This document shows, piece by piece, positions 17,483 through 28,000 of a stretch of DNA of 64,000 nt. Every line of letters starts with the position of its first letter. The stretch's first letter is position 1. The translations under genes were made by a program, and so were the position numbers. The DNA comes from a virus. The stretch is taken from the IMG/VR virus record IMGVR_UViG_3300018080_008188, positions 70,082 through 134,081 of that record; one strand, given 5' to 3'. The notes under the pieces were generated by a model. It was not told the DNA's origin. It was given only the letters and a program-made list of their open reading frames with translations, and did no database searches.

Positions 17483-19618
17483 ATGACGGCACCGAATCTT
17501 CCGGCACAGTTTCCCCTGCCGAGCAACGGCGGGCAGCCCATGACCTACGCAGAGTTGCTGCGGCAGCTTTCGTGCGTCTGCACCGCCGGCGTGCAGATAA
17601 AACCGACGGTTCCGCCCAGCGCTGCGATTGACCTGGGGGATGTGATAGCCGACTTTTCAAAGTACCTGACCGCATTCACGGCTCCATACAGCGTCCTGAC
17701 CATCGTCATGCAGGTAATCGCATGCATCATCGACGTTCTGTGCGCCATTCCGAATCCATTTGCGATAGTTCGGGCGATGATAAGGCTGTTCGGCACATGT
17801 ATTCCAGAATTCGTGCTGATCTTTCCGCAGTTCGCAATACCTGCAAAAGTGCTGTGCGTATTGAAAGTCATAATTGCGATCCTGAGATTCGTCCTTGAAG
17901 TCATCGTTCCGCTGATCGAGGACTTGATTCAGAACATAGAGATTCTCAAAGCTGCCATAGAAGACGGTAACGAAGACGCAAAAGCGGCGGCGGTGTTCAA
18001 GATAATCCAGCACATCAAGGAAATGTACAATATAGTCGAAATAATCGCCGCACTTGAGGCGCTTATCATCATGATCAAGGCGCTGATTTCCGCCGGCATC
18101 TCAATTCCGTGCGGCGGATCCGGCGGATCGTGCTCCGGATGCGGCGACGACCAGTGCCCGTCCGTAATCAAGCAATATGCTATCGACGGAACGGACGGCA
18201 TAATGTACATACTGTACTACTCGTCCGGAATCGAATACAGGCTCAGATTTGCATCGTCATCCAAGAGAAGCTCGTTTCTGACGCTTCGGGACTTCTTTCC
18301 GAACATAGACTATGCGTCCATAGACGACCTTGACAAGGTCCCATATGTGCTTGAGGTGGGAGCGGGATCCCAGATGCGCAGCTTTGCCGTCACCAGCGTG
18401 GACCGCAGCGGAACGCTAAACATTAGGCAGATAGAGAATGCGTATGCCGAAGACGGATACATGTCGAGCGTTTACAACCACATGGGCGTGGCAACTCCGG
18501 TGCCGAATCCGGACGACCAGGTGCGCTTCGGCACAAGCATCAGGACATTCCATGAAGTCGGCATAGATGACTATCTTGAGATATCCGACACGAATGCCAG
18601 CGGAAGCGAACTAAACTCCGGAACTTTCAAGGTCAACCTCGTATATGACGACTACAATGCAAGAATAGAAAGAACCGACGGAAACGGATGGTCTGCCGAC
18701 GCAACGCTCGATCCGAGCGGCGGAACCGGTCCCGGAGACCTTCTGGTATGGCGGACCGCGTTAACGGCGCCGTCGTTCTCCGGTCCGCAGCAGTTTTCGC
18801 TAAAGATAGACCACGAACTTCTAATAAAGCACAATCTCATAGGATCAGGGTGCCACCCCGAAGTCAGTGCCGCGGTGGAAGGGATAAGCAGCAGGTTCCC
18901 GTTCGTAACAAGCATCAGTCTGCCGGAGCTTCCGTCAGGAATCGATGTGAACGACGACGGAACAGTCGCTCTCATGCAGTCGTGTATCAGCTGCCTGTCT
19001 ACCATTGCGCCGAGCGACCTGGACGAACAGTATGTCCTCGACAATTACAATGTCATGGCTCAGGAGGCGGCTTCGTCCGCCGCATGCCTCGAAAGCGCGC
19101 TTTCGTCGGCTGCAGACGACCTGTCCGAATATGCCGAAGGCGTTTATCCGAGGCTGTTTTCCTCGGAGCAATCCACGCTTTCTTCCAACCGCGTGGTGCA
19201 ATATATCGGGGGCGATGTGGAGATAACCATAACCGCTCTTGACCACTCTGGAAACAGCATCAACGAAACCGTCCCGGAAGGAATGGTTGATGCCGAAATA
19301 TTTACGACTTTCGGTAATGTTGGGGAAGTTGAGGAGGTGGTCGGCGACGACGGCCTGCCCACTGGAGAATACAAGGCTACGCTGACAAGCGCGGAAGCGG
19401 GCATGGCAGAGGTGACCGGAAGCGTGGCGGGAATTTTCGTTAGTGATTTTGACGAGACTCCGCTTGACAGAACGCCGCCGGAGCCCCCTGTGCTTGTTCC
19501 CAGGTCCTTGGAAATACGCTTTGTGGAGCCGCCCGAGCAGCGCCGCAAGCATCCTGAAGAGCTTGGCGAAGGCGCCGGCTCCGCCGAGCCGCTCGGCATA
19601 GCCAAGACAAGGAGCTAG
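17483..19618 (+). CDS. Virion-associated protein with hydrophobic N-terminal helices, a Cys cluster and a C-terminal invasin-type Ig-like domain
   Basis: Hydrophobic segments at about aa 60-205; CGGSGGSCSGCGDDQCP; ITITALDHSGN...GEYKATLTSAEAGMAEVTGSVAG resembles Big_1. Confidence 0.5.
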   Translation: MTAPNLPAQFPLPSNGGQPMTYAELLRQLSCVCTAGVQIKPTVPPSAAIDLGDVIADFSKYLTAFTAPYSVLTIVMQVIACIIDVLCAIPNPFAIVRAMIRLFGTCIPEFVLIFPQFAIPAKVLCVLKVIIAILRFVLEVIVPLIEDLIQNIEILKAAIEDGNEDAKAAAVFKIIQHIKEMYNIVEIIAALEALIIMIKALISAGISIPCGGSGGSCSGCGDDQCPSVIKQYAIDGTDGIMYILYYSSGIEYRLRFASSSKRSSFLTLRDFFPNIDYASIDDLDKVPYVLEVGAGSQMRSFAVTSVDRSGTLNIRQIENAYAEDGYMSSVYNHMGVATPVPNPDDQVRFGTSIRTFHEVGIDDYLEISDTNASGSELNSGTFKVNLVYDDYNARIERTDGNGWSADATLDPSGGTGPGDLLVWRTALTAPSFSGPQQFSLKIDHELLIKHNLIGSGCHPEVSAAVEGISSRFPFVTSISLPELPSGIDVNDDGTVALMQSCISCLSTIAPSDLDEQYVLDNYNVMAQEAASSAACLESALSSAADDLSEYAEGVYPRLFSSEQSTLSSNRVVQYIGGDVEITITALDHSGNSINETVPEGMVDAEIFTTFGNVGEVEEVVGDDGLPTGEYKATLTSAEAGMAEVTGSVAGIFVSDFDETPLDRTPPEPPVLVPRSLEIRFVEPPEQRRKHPEELGEGAGSAEPLGIAKTRS

Positions 19619-19621
19619 CAG

Positions 19622-21295
19622 ATGGCAATGGCACCGATTTTCAAGTTCGACGTCATGGCGGTTGCAAAGGGCATTCTGGATGAAGTGGAGCGCCATCGGT
19701 CCTACCTGCCGGAATATGGCGGAAAGGATGGCACGCAGAATGTAAAGAACCGACCGGTAGAATCGAGGGTCAATACGTTTTTTCGCCTTGTCGGATTTCC
19801 ATCGATCGTGTCCGTACAGGCTGTTGACAAGAATTCGGATGTAATTGGGGGAAAGCCTGCTGATGCCAAAGTTCTGACGCCTGGATGGAGCAGATCTTCG
19901 AACATTAGGGCACTTAGCAACGCAAAGGTCAGAACATCCGAATCGGACAGCATCACCGTGCCAACGGCAGACGGCTCAAGCCGCGAAAAGCTGTCGCAGG
20001 CAGTTGTCGGTCGGGAAACCACGCTAAGCGTAATAGAGAATTCCATCGGAACATCATTCTTGAATAACGCAATGACGGCGGCTTTCAAGAATCCAATGCC
20101 GCTTGCCATGAACTATGTCAGGGGCTCCAAGGCGCAGACAAAAGGTCAGGAGTCCGCAGGTACGCAAGCAAAGTTCGACAGGGAAATCTACAAAAGGCTG
20201 TCTCCGTTTGCCACGAACTACATGGTGGTTACGCCTTCGAGCAGAGAGATTGCCAAACCGTTTCTGAGCGATCCGAGGGACGGGTTTCTTGTCAACGATG
20301 AGCTGAAGAGGCCGTTCCTGGAAACCGTTGCGCGAATTAGGCTGGCCAAAGCTCAGCAGAGTGAAAAGTCAGAGCAGCAGGAATATTTCGCGGAGGTCAG
20401 GCAAAACCTGACCAAAAGCACGGAATCGGCATACTCCAGCAAGGTGGAGCAGATGCTGATTGCCGACCTCGTGCCTGGGCAGGGAAGTCTTGTGGAGTCT
20501 TTCGTAGTGGAGCAGCTGCTGTCCGTAGTTCCCCAGATAGCCAAGAAATGGGTTTCGCTCATAAGGAGATTGGAGGACATCAAAAGGCAGGGAGATTTCA
20601 TTCTGACGCCGGTTACAGGCTCTTCCAGGCAGAGCCCGCTCGGCAAGCGCGCAAACACCCAGGCTTCGCTCCAGGTCTCCGGAAACACGGAGCTGAACAT
20701 GAGGATCAAGCAGATAGACGCGCGCGTAGAGGCGTCCAAGGCGCTTGTTGCCCTTCTGCCCATAGAGGAGTCCGTTTCCAAGAAAGACTGGGGATCGGAA
20801 GCCTATGCCAGGAATGTAATGTCGAACGCTCTTACAAGACCGTTCGTTTTCGTGCTTAGGCAGGATATGGACTACGAGCTGAAAAAGCTCAGCGATGAAA
20901 AGCGAAAACTCAACGAGCTTGTACAGAAGGCCGACAGGCTCAGGTTTGAAATGGAAATGATGACCGGCGAATTTGCCGGCCTATCGGTGGTTGATGTCGT
21001 ATTCACGATGACGGCTCTTTTCCTGGTGGACAGGCAGTACATTGTTGATATGTTTGACTCCAACACAGTCGACGAGATGAAAAAGGATAAAACGCTTTCA
21101 ACAATAGAAGCCAATCCTGGACCGGCAAAGGCATTGGCTGCGATTGGGGAGGTTGAGTCCAAGGTGAAGGACCTGTACGACCTACTGGATGCGTCGATAG
21201 CGTCTGCCATAATCAGGTCCAAGCGCACGCGCAACAAGCCACAGCATCCGCAGGCAAGGTCGAACAAAATAACCAGGACGGTGGAGGCAAAATAG
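19622..21295 (+). CDS. Hypothetical helical/coiled-coil protein in the baseplate cluster
   Basis: 557 aa ORF tightly packed between its neighbours; no recognisable motif. Confidence 0.6.
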   Translation: MAMAPIFKFDVMAVAKGILDEVERHRSYLPEYGGKDGTQNVKNRPVESRVNTFFRLVGFPSIVSVQAVDKNSDVIGGKPADAKVLTPGWSRSSNIRALSNAKVRTSESDSITVPTADGSSREKLSQAVVGRETTLSVIENSIGTSFLNNAMTAAFKNPMPLAMNYVRGSKAQTKGQESAGTQAKFDREIYKRLSPFATNYMVVTPSSREIAKPFLSDPRDGFLVNDELKRPFLETVARIRLAKAQQSEKSEQQEYFAEVRQNLTKSTESAYSSKVEQMLIADLVPGQGSLVESFVVEQLLSVVPQIAKKWVSLIRRLEDIKRQGDFILTPVTGSSRQSPLGKRANTQASLQVSGNTELNMRIKQIDARVEASKALVALLPIEESVSKKDWGSEAYARNVMSNALTRPFVFVLRQDMDYELKKLSDEKRKLNELVQKADRLRFEMEMMTGEFAGLSVVDVVFTMTALFLVDRQYIVDMFDSNTVDEMKKDKTLSTIEANPGPAKALAAIGEVESKVKDLYDLLDASIASAIIRSKRTRNKPQHPQARSNKITRTVEAK

Positions 21296-21296
21296 C

Positions 21297-21725
21297 ATGT
21301 CGTACGACCTGAAGCTGGAAAACAACGACCTTTCAATCAATCCGGACGGAACCGTCAAGACGGTCAGGGACAATGAAAAGCTGAAGCAGGATATTGTGCG
21401 CGCCATCCTGACGCCCGTTGGCGCTAATGCGTTCCATCAGTGGTACGGAAGCACCATCAATGCCGGCATCGTTGGAAGCGGCATGAGTGCCGGGCAGATA
21501 GAGGCGGAGGCAAAGAGGTCGATCCAGGAGACGCTCAACAACCTGATCTCTCTGCAAAAGACGCAAGCCAGGATACAGTATGTGTCTCCCGGCGAACAGC
21601 TTATGGCGGTTAGGGAAATAGAGGTTCTACAGGACGATATCGACCCGAGGCAGTTTCAAGTGACGGTCTATGCCCTTACAAGGCTTCTGACTCCGGTTGA
21701 AGAGACATTCACGATGTTAGTGTAG
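21297..21725 (+). CDS. Baseplate wedge / sheath-initiator protein (gp25/gpW-like)
   Basis: DLKL...EKLKQDIVRAILTPVG...FHQWYGS motif; 142 aa; precedes the J-like gene. Confidence 0.85.
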   Translation: MSYDLKLENNDLSINPDGTVKTVRDNEKLKQDIVRAILTPVGANAFHQWYGSTINAGIVGSGMSAGQIEAEAKRSIQETLNNLISLQKTQARIQYVSPGEQLMAVREIEVLQDDIDPRQFQVTVYALTRLLTPVEETFTMLV

Positions 21726-21758
21726 GCTTAAGCCACCCCATTTGGAGGGACCGAAAAA

Positions 21759-24700
21759 ATGGTCAGATTCAAAGGATACAACGAAGTCGTCCTTACCATG
21801 CTGGAGCAGCTACAGATGACGCAGCCACAGCTTGATACAAAGCCGGCATCCGTGGCCAGGGACCTTTTCATCGACGCCCAGGCGCAGCAGGTGTCCGACA
21901 TCGGCGAGCAGCTCAGGGAGATAGAGGAACTACAGTCCATTGCCAACATGTCCGGAGAGGAACTAACAAACTTTGGATTCAACTTCGGAGTTACGAGGCA
22001 ATCGGGAACCAGGTCCAATGGGACGGTGCTGTTTACCTTCCAGAGTATCACATCGGACACGATTATCGTGTCGGGAACTGTCACCAGCACGAGAAACGGC
22101 ATAATGTTTTTGACCATTTCCACAGTGTCGGTGCTGACATCGGATATCAATTCGCTCAGGGCCACGGCAACAAGATTCAGGGAAGAACTTGATGCCGCAG
22201 GCATAACGGACCAGTATGCGATCGAGGTAAGCGTACAAGCCCAAAATGCTGGGTCGATAGGGAACATTTCGTCTTACAGCATTGTCAACCACAGCGCGCC
22301 TGGCGTCAATGGAGTCACCAACATAGATTCGTTCAGCGGCGGATCTGACCTTGAGACTGATGCGGCGTTCCGCTCAAGAGTTCTGGCGCGGTTCGCAGGA
22401 GCGAACACCGGAACAGCGCTCGGATACAGAAGCCTGGTCCTTGCGCTGTCCGATACCGTAGATGCGCTTGTTGTGGAGCCCGGAGACCCACTTATGACCA
22501 GGGATGGATCCGTCGTGACGACCAACAGTGACGGGGAGCTGGTTGTGGCGCAACCTGGGACCGGAGGAAAAGTAGACATCTTCGTCATGGGCGAAAACCT
22601 GCAGTCGGGCACGGACAGCTTTATCTACAAGGAGCAGAGCGGGACCGGCGATCCGACGAACTCGCTGAATAACTACATTCTTGGTCAGAGTTCGCTCAGT
22701 CCGGATGAATCTCTTACGATCAGTACGCGGAGGCTGGCTGTCCTTTCGGAAGGTCAAGCCATTCCCCTACAGCCCGTGTCAAGCATCGTTTCCGTGAGCG
22801 GAAGCTCGTCAGGATCGGGATTTGCCGAACAATACGAAGATGACGCTGGCGTACTGCATGGAAATTACAAGCTCGTGAAGGACACCGGGTCTGCGGCTGG
22901 AAGCCCGTTCGGATTCGACAAGCTGGTATGGACGTCAGACCAGATAGACCTTGAAGACGAATCGCGCGTCAAGGGTCCGTTCAACGGAATAGACGCCCTG
23001 TCGTTCTCTGATGTACAGAAAGTGTCTGGCGTCAGCCAGGACACGCGCGTCACAAATGAAAACTCCAGAGTGTCGTCTGCTGACAGGAGTTCCGTGTATC
23101 TGACGCACGGACCGGTCAGGACTGTCAGCAGGGTATACAACTTCACCACGGGAGAAAGGTACACGGTTTCCTCCCAAAACCCGGACGGCACATCGGGGGA
23201 ACTGAACGAATCCAGAAGAATAACCATCAGTGGACGCACTTTGCCGACAGCCAGCGATGTGCTGCAGGTGGACTATGTATGGGCGCGTAGCGCCGACCCT
23301 GGCATTGATTTCGACACTATGTATCCGGAGCAGGACCTGATCAGTTCGGTCCAGGATTCCATAGACTGGGGCTTTCCTAACTACATCAGGGCTGAAAGAA
23401 CTCAGACGGACCTCGATTCGTACGGAAATCTGACGGCCACCGTCACATACGCAGCATCGCGGGTTATGTCTGTCAACTCCTTTCGCGAGGAGATGCTTGT
23501 GGTGCAGTCCGGTGCCACCGCAGGTCGCAAATCTGTTGAAACGACATATGCCGTGACGAATGTCTACAGCGCCATTGATGCCGACCAGAACCAGGCTGAA
23601 GTGTTCAATACCAATGAAGACGACGGAACTTTTTCAAATAGGCTGATTACCCTTCCGAGCGACACCCTTGCGGAAATAGGCGACCAAGTAACTGTGACAT
23701 ACAGCCTCTCAAACCTGATAGACGAGGATGGATACGGTTCCGCGCCTGTTCGCGGAAGGGTCATCACCATCCTTCCTTCCGACGCCGCCGGCGATGCGAC
23801 GCAGGTTTTGGTCCATTATGTGGCTGACTTTTTGAACCTGGTTCCGCAGAGCAGCATATCTGGTCTGCCAATTTCCGGAGACGGATACAATTCGTTTTCC
23901 GGAATCGACGGATACCAGCCTGTCCAGGACCTGTTTTCAGGTCCGGACCCGGTTGCTAACATGCGCAGATCCCCAAGCAGGCTGGAAGTGTCTGTTTCTG
24001 GAATTCCCGACCAAGGGCTGCTGGAGATAGCCGGCACCACGTTTACGAAAATCACTTCTGTGTTCACAGCTACAGCCGACGACAGCATAAACCTTGTCCC
24101 ATCCATCAGGTCGAGTCTTGGCCTTGCATCTGGCACCAGCCTTCCCGTCGGAGTGTATTTGGGGCGCGTTGTGTCCATTGAAAAAGTGCAGACGGACATC
24201 TACGGAAATGTAACGTCGGTGGACCATGAATTTGACATGACTAACTATACGCTGTGGAGCAACAGGTTCGACCTGGCCAATGCGCGCCAGGACACATCTC
24301 TGGGGCGCGGAAAAGTGTCATTGGCAGATGTTGGCAACAACACTTCCAGCCCGATCGTCACAGGAACGCAACTCAGGGCTGTATTCTACTATGCCAATCA
24401 AGGCGATTCTGAGCAGCTGTTCTTTTCCAAATCGGGAGCGGCCATTACCGACAAGGTTTTTGCAAAAATAGGATCCATCAGTAGAATTTCGGGATTTGCG
24501 AATTCTGCAGGCACAATCAGCGGAAGCCTGTCCGTAGATTCCCTGAACCAGCCGGATGTCAATGCGTCATACCTTGCCAGCTACAGCTACACGGCTCCGA
24601 AAGAAAACGAGCGCATCACAGTTAACTACGAGTATAACAAACTCATACAAGACGCCACATATGCTGTTGAAGACGGAAGACCCATAACAGCCGACGTCCT

Positions 24701-25016
24701 AAACAAAGAGTCCACGCAGGTTGAGGTGGATGTTGAAGCCACAATCATCGTGCTGCCGGCCTATGCGGCGCAGGAAGAAACCGTCCGCCAGAATGTGGCG
24801 GACAACATAGCGTCGTCCCTTACAGCATCGGCGCTTGGCACGACCATCGACGCTTCAGATGTGAGTTCGAACGCATATTCCGTGGAAGGCCTGGACAGAA
24901 TCACCATAGACAGGTTCAACAAGTCAGAATCTTCGGGAACCGTCAAAAGCCTGGCTGCCCAGAAGAACGAGAATTTCGTTGCTGGTTCGGTTGCGGTGAC
25001 AGTGGAGAGCAGATAA
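21759..25016 (+). CDS. Baseplate J-like wedge protein with a large central insertion
   Basis: FGVTRQSGTRSNGTVLF, VQAQNAGSIGNI and SGGSDLETDAAFRSR..GT..GY are Baseplate_J hallmarks; 1085 aa. Confidence 0.85.
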   Translation: MVRFKGYNEVVLTMLEQLQMTQPQLDTKPASVARDLFIDAQAQQVSDIGEQLREIEELQSIANMSGEELTNFGFNFGVTRQSGTRSNGTVLFTFQSITSDTIIVSGTVTSTRNGIMFLTISTVSVLTSDINSLRATATRFREELDAAGITDQYAIEVSVQAQNAGSIGNISSYSIVNHSAPGVNGVTNIDSFSGGSDLETDAAFRSRVLARFAGANTGTALGYRSLVLALSDTVDALVVEPGDPLMTRDGSVVTTNSDGELVVAQPGTGGKVDIFVMGENLQSGTDSFIYKEQSGTGDPTNSLNNYILGQSSLSPDESLTISTRRLAVLSEGQAIPLQPVSSIVSVSGSSSGSGFAEQYEDDAGVLHGNYKLVKDTGSAAGSPFGFDKLVWTSDQIDLEDESRVKGPFNGIDALSFSDVQKVSGVSQDTRVTNENSRVSSADRSSVYLTHGPVRTVSRVYNFTTGERYTVSSQNPDGTSGELNESRRITISGRTLPTASDVLQVDYVWARSADPGIDFDTMYPEQDLISSVQDSIDWGFPNYIRAERTQTDLDSYGNLTATVTYAASRVMSVNSFREEMLVVQSGATAGRKSVETTYAVTNVYSAIDADQNQAEVFNTNEDDGTFSNRLITLPSDTLAEIGDQVTVTYSLSNLIDEDGYGSAPVRGRVITILPSDAAGDATQVLVHYVADFLNLVPQSSISGLPISGDGYNSFSGIDGYQPVQDLFSGPDPVANMRRSPSRLEVSVSGIPDQGLLEIAGTTFTKITSVFTATADDSINLVPSIRSSLGLASGTSLPVGVYLGRVVSIEKVQTDIYGNVTSVDHEFDMTNYTLWSNRFDLANARQDTSLGRGKVSLADVGNNTSSPIVTGTQLRAVFYYANQGDSEQLFFSKSGAAITDKVFAKIGSISRISGFANSAGTISGSLSVDSLNQPDVNASYLASYSYTAPKENERITVNYEYNKLIQDATYAVEDGRPITADVLNKESTQVEVDVEATIIVLPAYAAQEETVRQNVADNIASSLTASALGTTIDASDVSSNAYSVEGLDRITIDRFNKSESSGTVKSLAAQKNENFVAGSVAVTVESR

Positions 25017-28000
25017 ATGGCAAACCTAAGGGTCCTCGGGCTTGAGGTAGTGTCAAACACTACGATACACATAACATTCACAGCCGACCTGGCGAGCGAG
25101 CTTGGAACTGCAAATGTGTCTGTCGAAGCGTCTGGCTCCAACGAATCGGACCCGGCGGTCAAGTCCGTTAGCGCATCCGGGTCCACGCTAATTGTGACAA
25201 TGCGTCCGCTGTATCCGATAAAGCAGTACAAAATAACCCTACAGTCTTCGACCGACCAGCCGTTCGCGGGCGCCTCCGGCGAACGCCTTGTGGAGGACGG
25301 TCGCACAAATGTACTGTATTTCATAGGATATGAGGGTGACAACGAGGTCAGGGACGCCATTATGGACTCCGTCTCCGGAGGCCTCTACAAGACGGATGGC
25401 TCCCTGATAAGGGATTCCATCAGACCGGGAGCCGATGCCCTGCTTCGCTCCAGGCATGATGCGGGTGAGGTGCGCTCGTCTCGCTTCATCACGGTAACGG
25501 CAGAAGACGAAAGCCACGAGCGCGGCTCGGGACCGACCGACAGGCTGGGCAACGAAGGGGCGTTCCAGCTGCTGCGCGTGGGAAGCAGTGCAACCGGCGC
25601 AACTTCGCGCAAAACGATCGAATTCGATCAGTTTCCGTCAGATCCTGTCAGCCTGCAGCAGAAAGAGGCTGTTGAGGAAGAGGTATCTAACACATCGAAC
25701 GAATCCAATAGCTTTACTGGTTTGCTCATTACATTGGCCAACGGACCCGTAATCAAGCTCTCCAGCCTGACCTTGGTGCGCGGAGCGAACGAATACGAGT
25801 ACGACATAGAAGCGTACAGATACGGCCTGTACAACAGCGGATATGACACGGACAACGCATATTCGGCCTTAGACATTAATGAGAACCAGGTGCGCCTCAG
25901 CAGCTCCGCGGTGGGACCCGGCTTTCCGTTGCCTCAGGGAAGCGACACGATAGTTGCTACATACTTGTACAAGCGTACCGGAAGAATTGTGGATTCCGAT
26001 ACAGTTGTGGTGACTTCGGTCGTTCCCGTCACGCGCGATAGCGTGCCGGCAGTAGCCACTACATTCTTTCTGGAGCACGCTCCGGTGGTTGACTCGTCCG
26101 GAGCAACTGCTACAAGCGGAGGAGTTACATGGCTTGATCCAAGCAAAAATTTCGATCCTATGCAGAAGCATCCAGCGTTCGTAAGCGAAGTGCCGTTCAA
26201 CGAATCGTCTCTTCCATCCGCACCCGGAGAATGGGCGGTTGAATACGGAACCGGAAGGGTCGTGGTAGCCGGAGTGAACGGCACAGGAACCGACGGAACA
26301 ACAACGGTTCCTCCGGTATCGTCGTATGATTACCTGAAGACTTTCGAAGAGGGGCTGGATTACAATCTGTTTCCCGACCTCAATGAAATAGCATCGGTTT
26401 CCGGCAGGAACCTGGACCAGTCGGAGCATGCGTCCGAGATATCGTTTGAATATGAAGACACATTTGCAAACGGAACGGACTTTTCATTCTCGTCGCATGT
26501 CGAAGTGCTGAACGAGCGCATTGAAAGCAGAGCCATAGGTGAAGTCGGCTTGAAGACTCTATACGGTCCGGTTACCAATGTCTTCCGCATATTCAACGAA
26601 ACTACGGGCGAGGTATATTCTGTAAGCAGAATAAGCGGAAACCAGGTATACTTCTCGTCTTCAACGCCGCCGGCGCTGATTGGGGTATCGCGCGAAGCCG
26701 TACAGTTCGAAAGCGTTTCGCAGGCTCAGATAGTGGTCACCGACACCATTAACATCATTGGGCAGACATTCGATGTATTCAAGGTGGAGCTTCCAAACGA
26801 CAGGATAGTCTCAGCCACGGGTGATTCCATAGGCGCCAGCTTCAACACTTCACTGTCGTTCTCAGACCAGGATGTGTTTGCGCGCGAGCTTTACTACGAT
26901 CCTGGCGATTCGGTTTCCGATAACCTTCTGCGCCTACAGCAGGACGGGGACTACATGGTCGACTATGACGGCGGCATTGCGTATGTGGCCGTGCCGGCGT
27001 TTTACGGGACAGACATAGGGGACGCCTCGTACAAGCGCGCTGCTGCCTATGCCGGGCATGCGCATGTGACTTCTGTGTCCAACATCTACAGGAGTCCGTC
27101 CCAGACGGCATCCAATGTCAAGACATTTGCCTTGGGCGAAATCGGAGACAGGACGGTGGAGATGCCGGACCTTGAAAGCGCCGAGGAAGGCTCCCTGCAG
27201 GTAATGTCGTCTTCAGGAAGCCTGTACATAGAGCCGTCGTACGATCCGATTATCGTCCGCCACATATTCCAGGCGGCGAATCTCAGGCTTTCGGCGGAGC
27301 CTGTTGATTTCGCAAGCGGCGCTTCAATAGGTTCGGATGGAAGCGTTACGCTTGACGCAGACGGAGTCGAGGTCATAGAGCCTGGGTTGGAAATCAAGGA
27401 CGGCGGAGCAAGAATGTTCGTGGAAGTGAAGCGACTGTCGACGATCGCCTCAGGGTCCGTACAGTTAGCCTTCCTGTACAATGATGCGTCCGACGCCTTA
27501 TTCCTATCCAAAAATTACGCTGTATACGATTCGACCGCCGACTACATGGCAATGGGCTCGGACGGATATGTCGATTCCGCAAGCAACAGGATTGTGCTGC
27601 CCAGCGGCGTCGGATCCGGAGCGGCGGGCATGTCCGTCACAGCCAGGTACCGTGCCAAGCTGGTTGCCGGAGCCACTGTCACGGCAAATTACACGCCCGG
27701 AAACATATTCATAGACTATACATACCTGCGGGATGAGATTCTTGTAAGTTACGAATATGGCGATAATTCGCTTGATTGGAGCATATCCGACGCCTTGTCG
27801 GAGGGCGAAACATATTTCGTGACTTACAAGTATGGAGCAATGCGCGATTCCCTGCGAGACAATTTCGGCGTCCTCACCGGCGTGGACGAGCTGTCAACCA
27901 TACCTTCGTCCGTAGACCGCGAAACATACAGAAACATGACGCGCGGAGCCCTACAGAGCTTCCTGAAAGGTCCGACAATACCCGCCATCAAGGAAATAGT

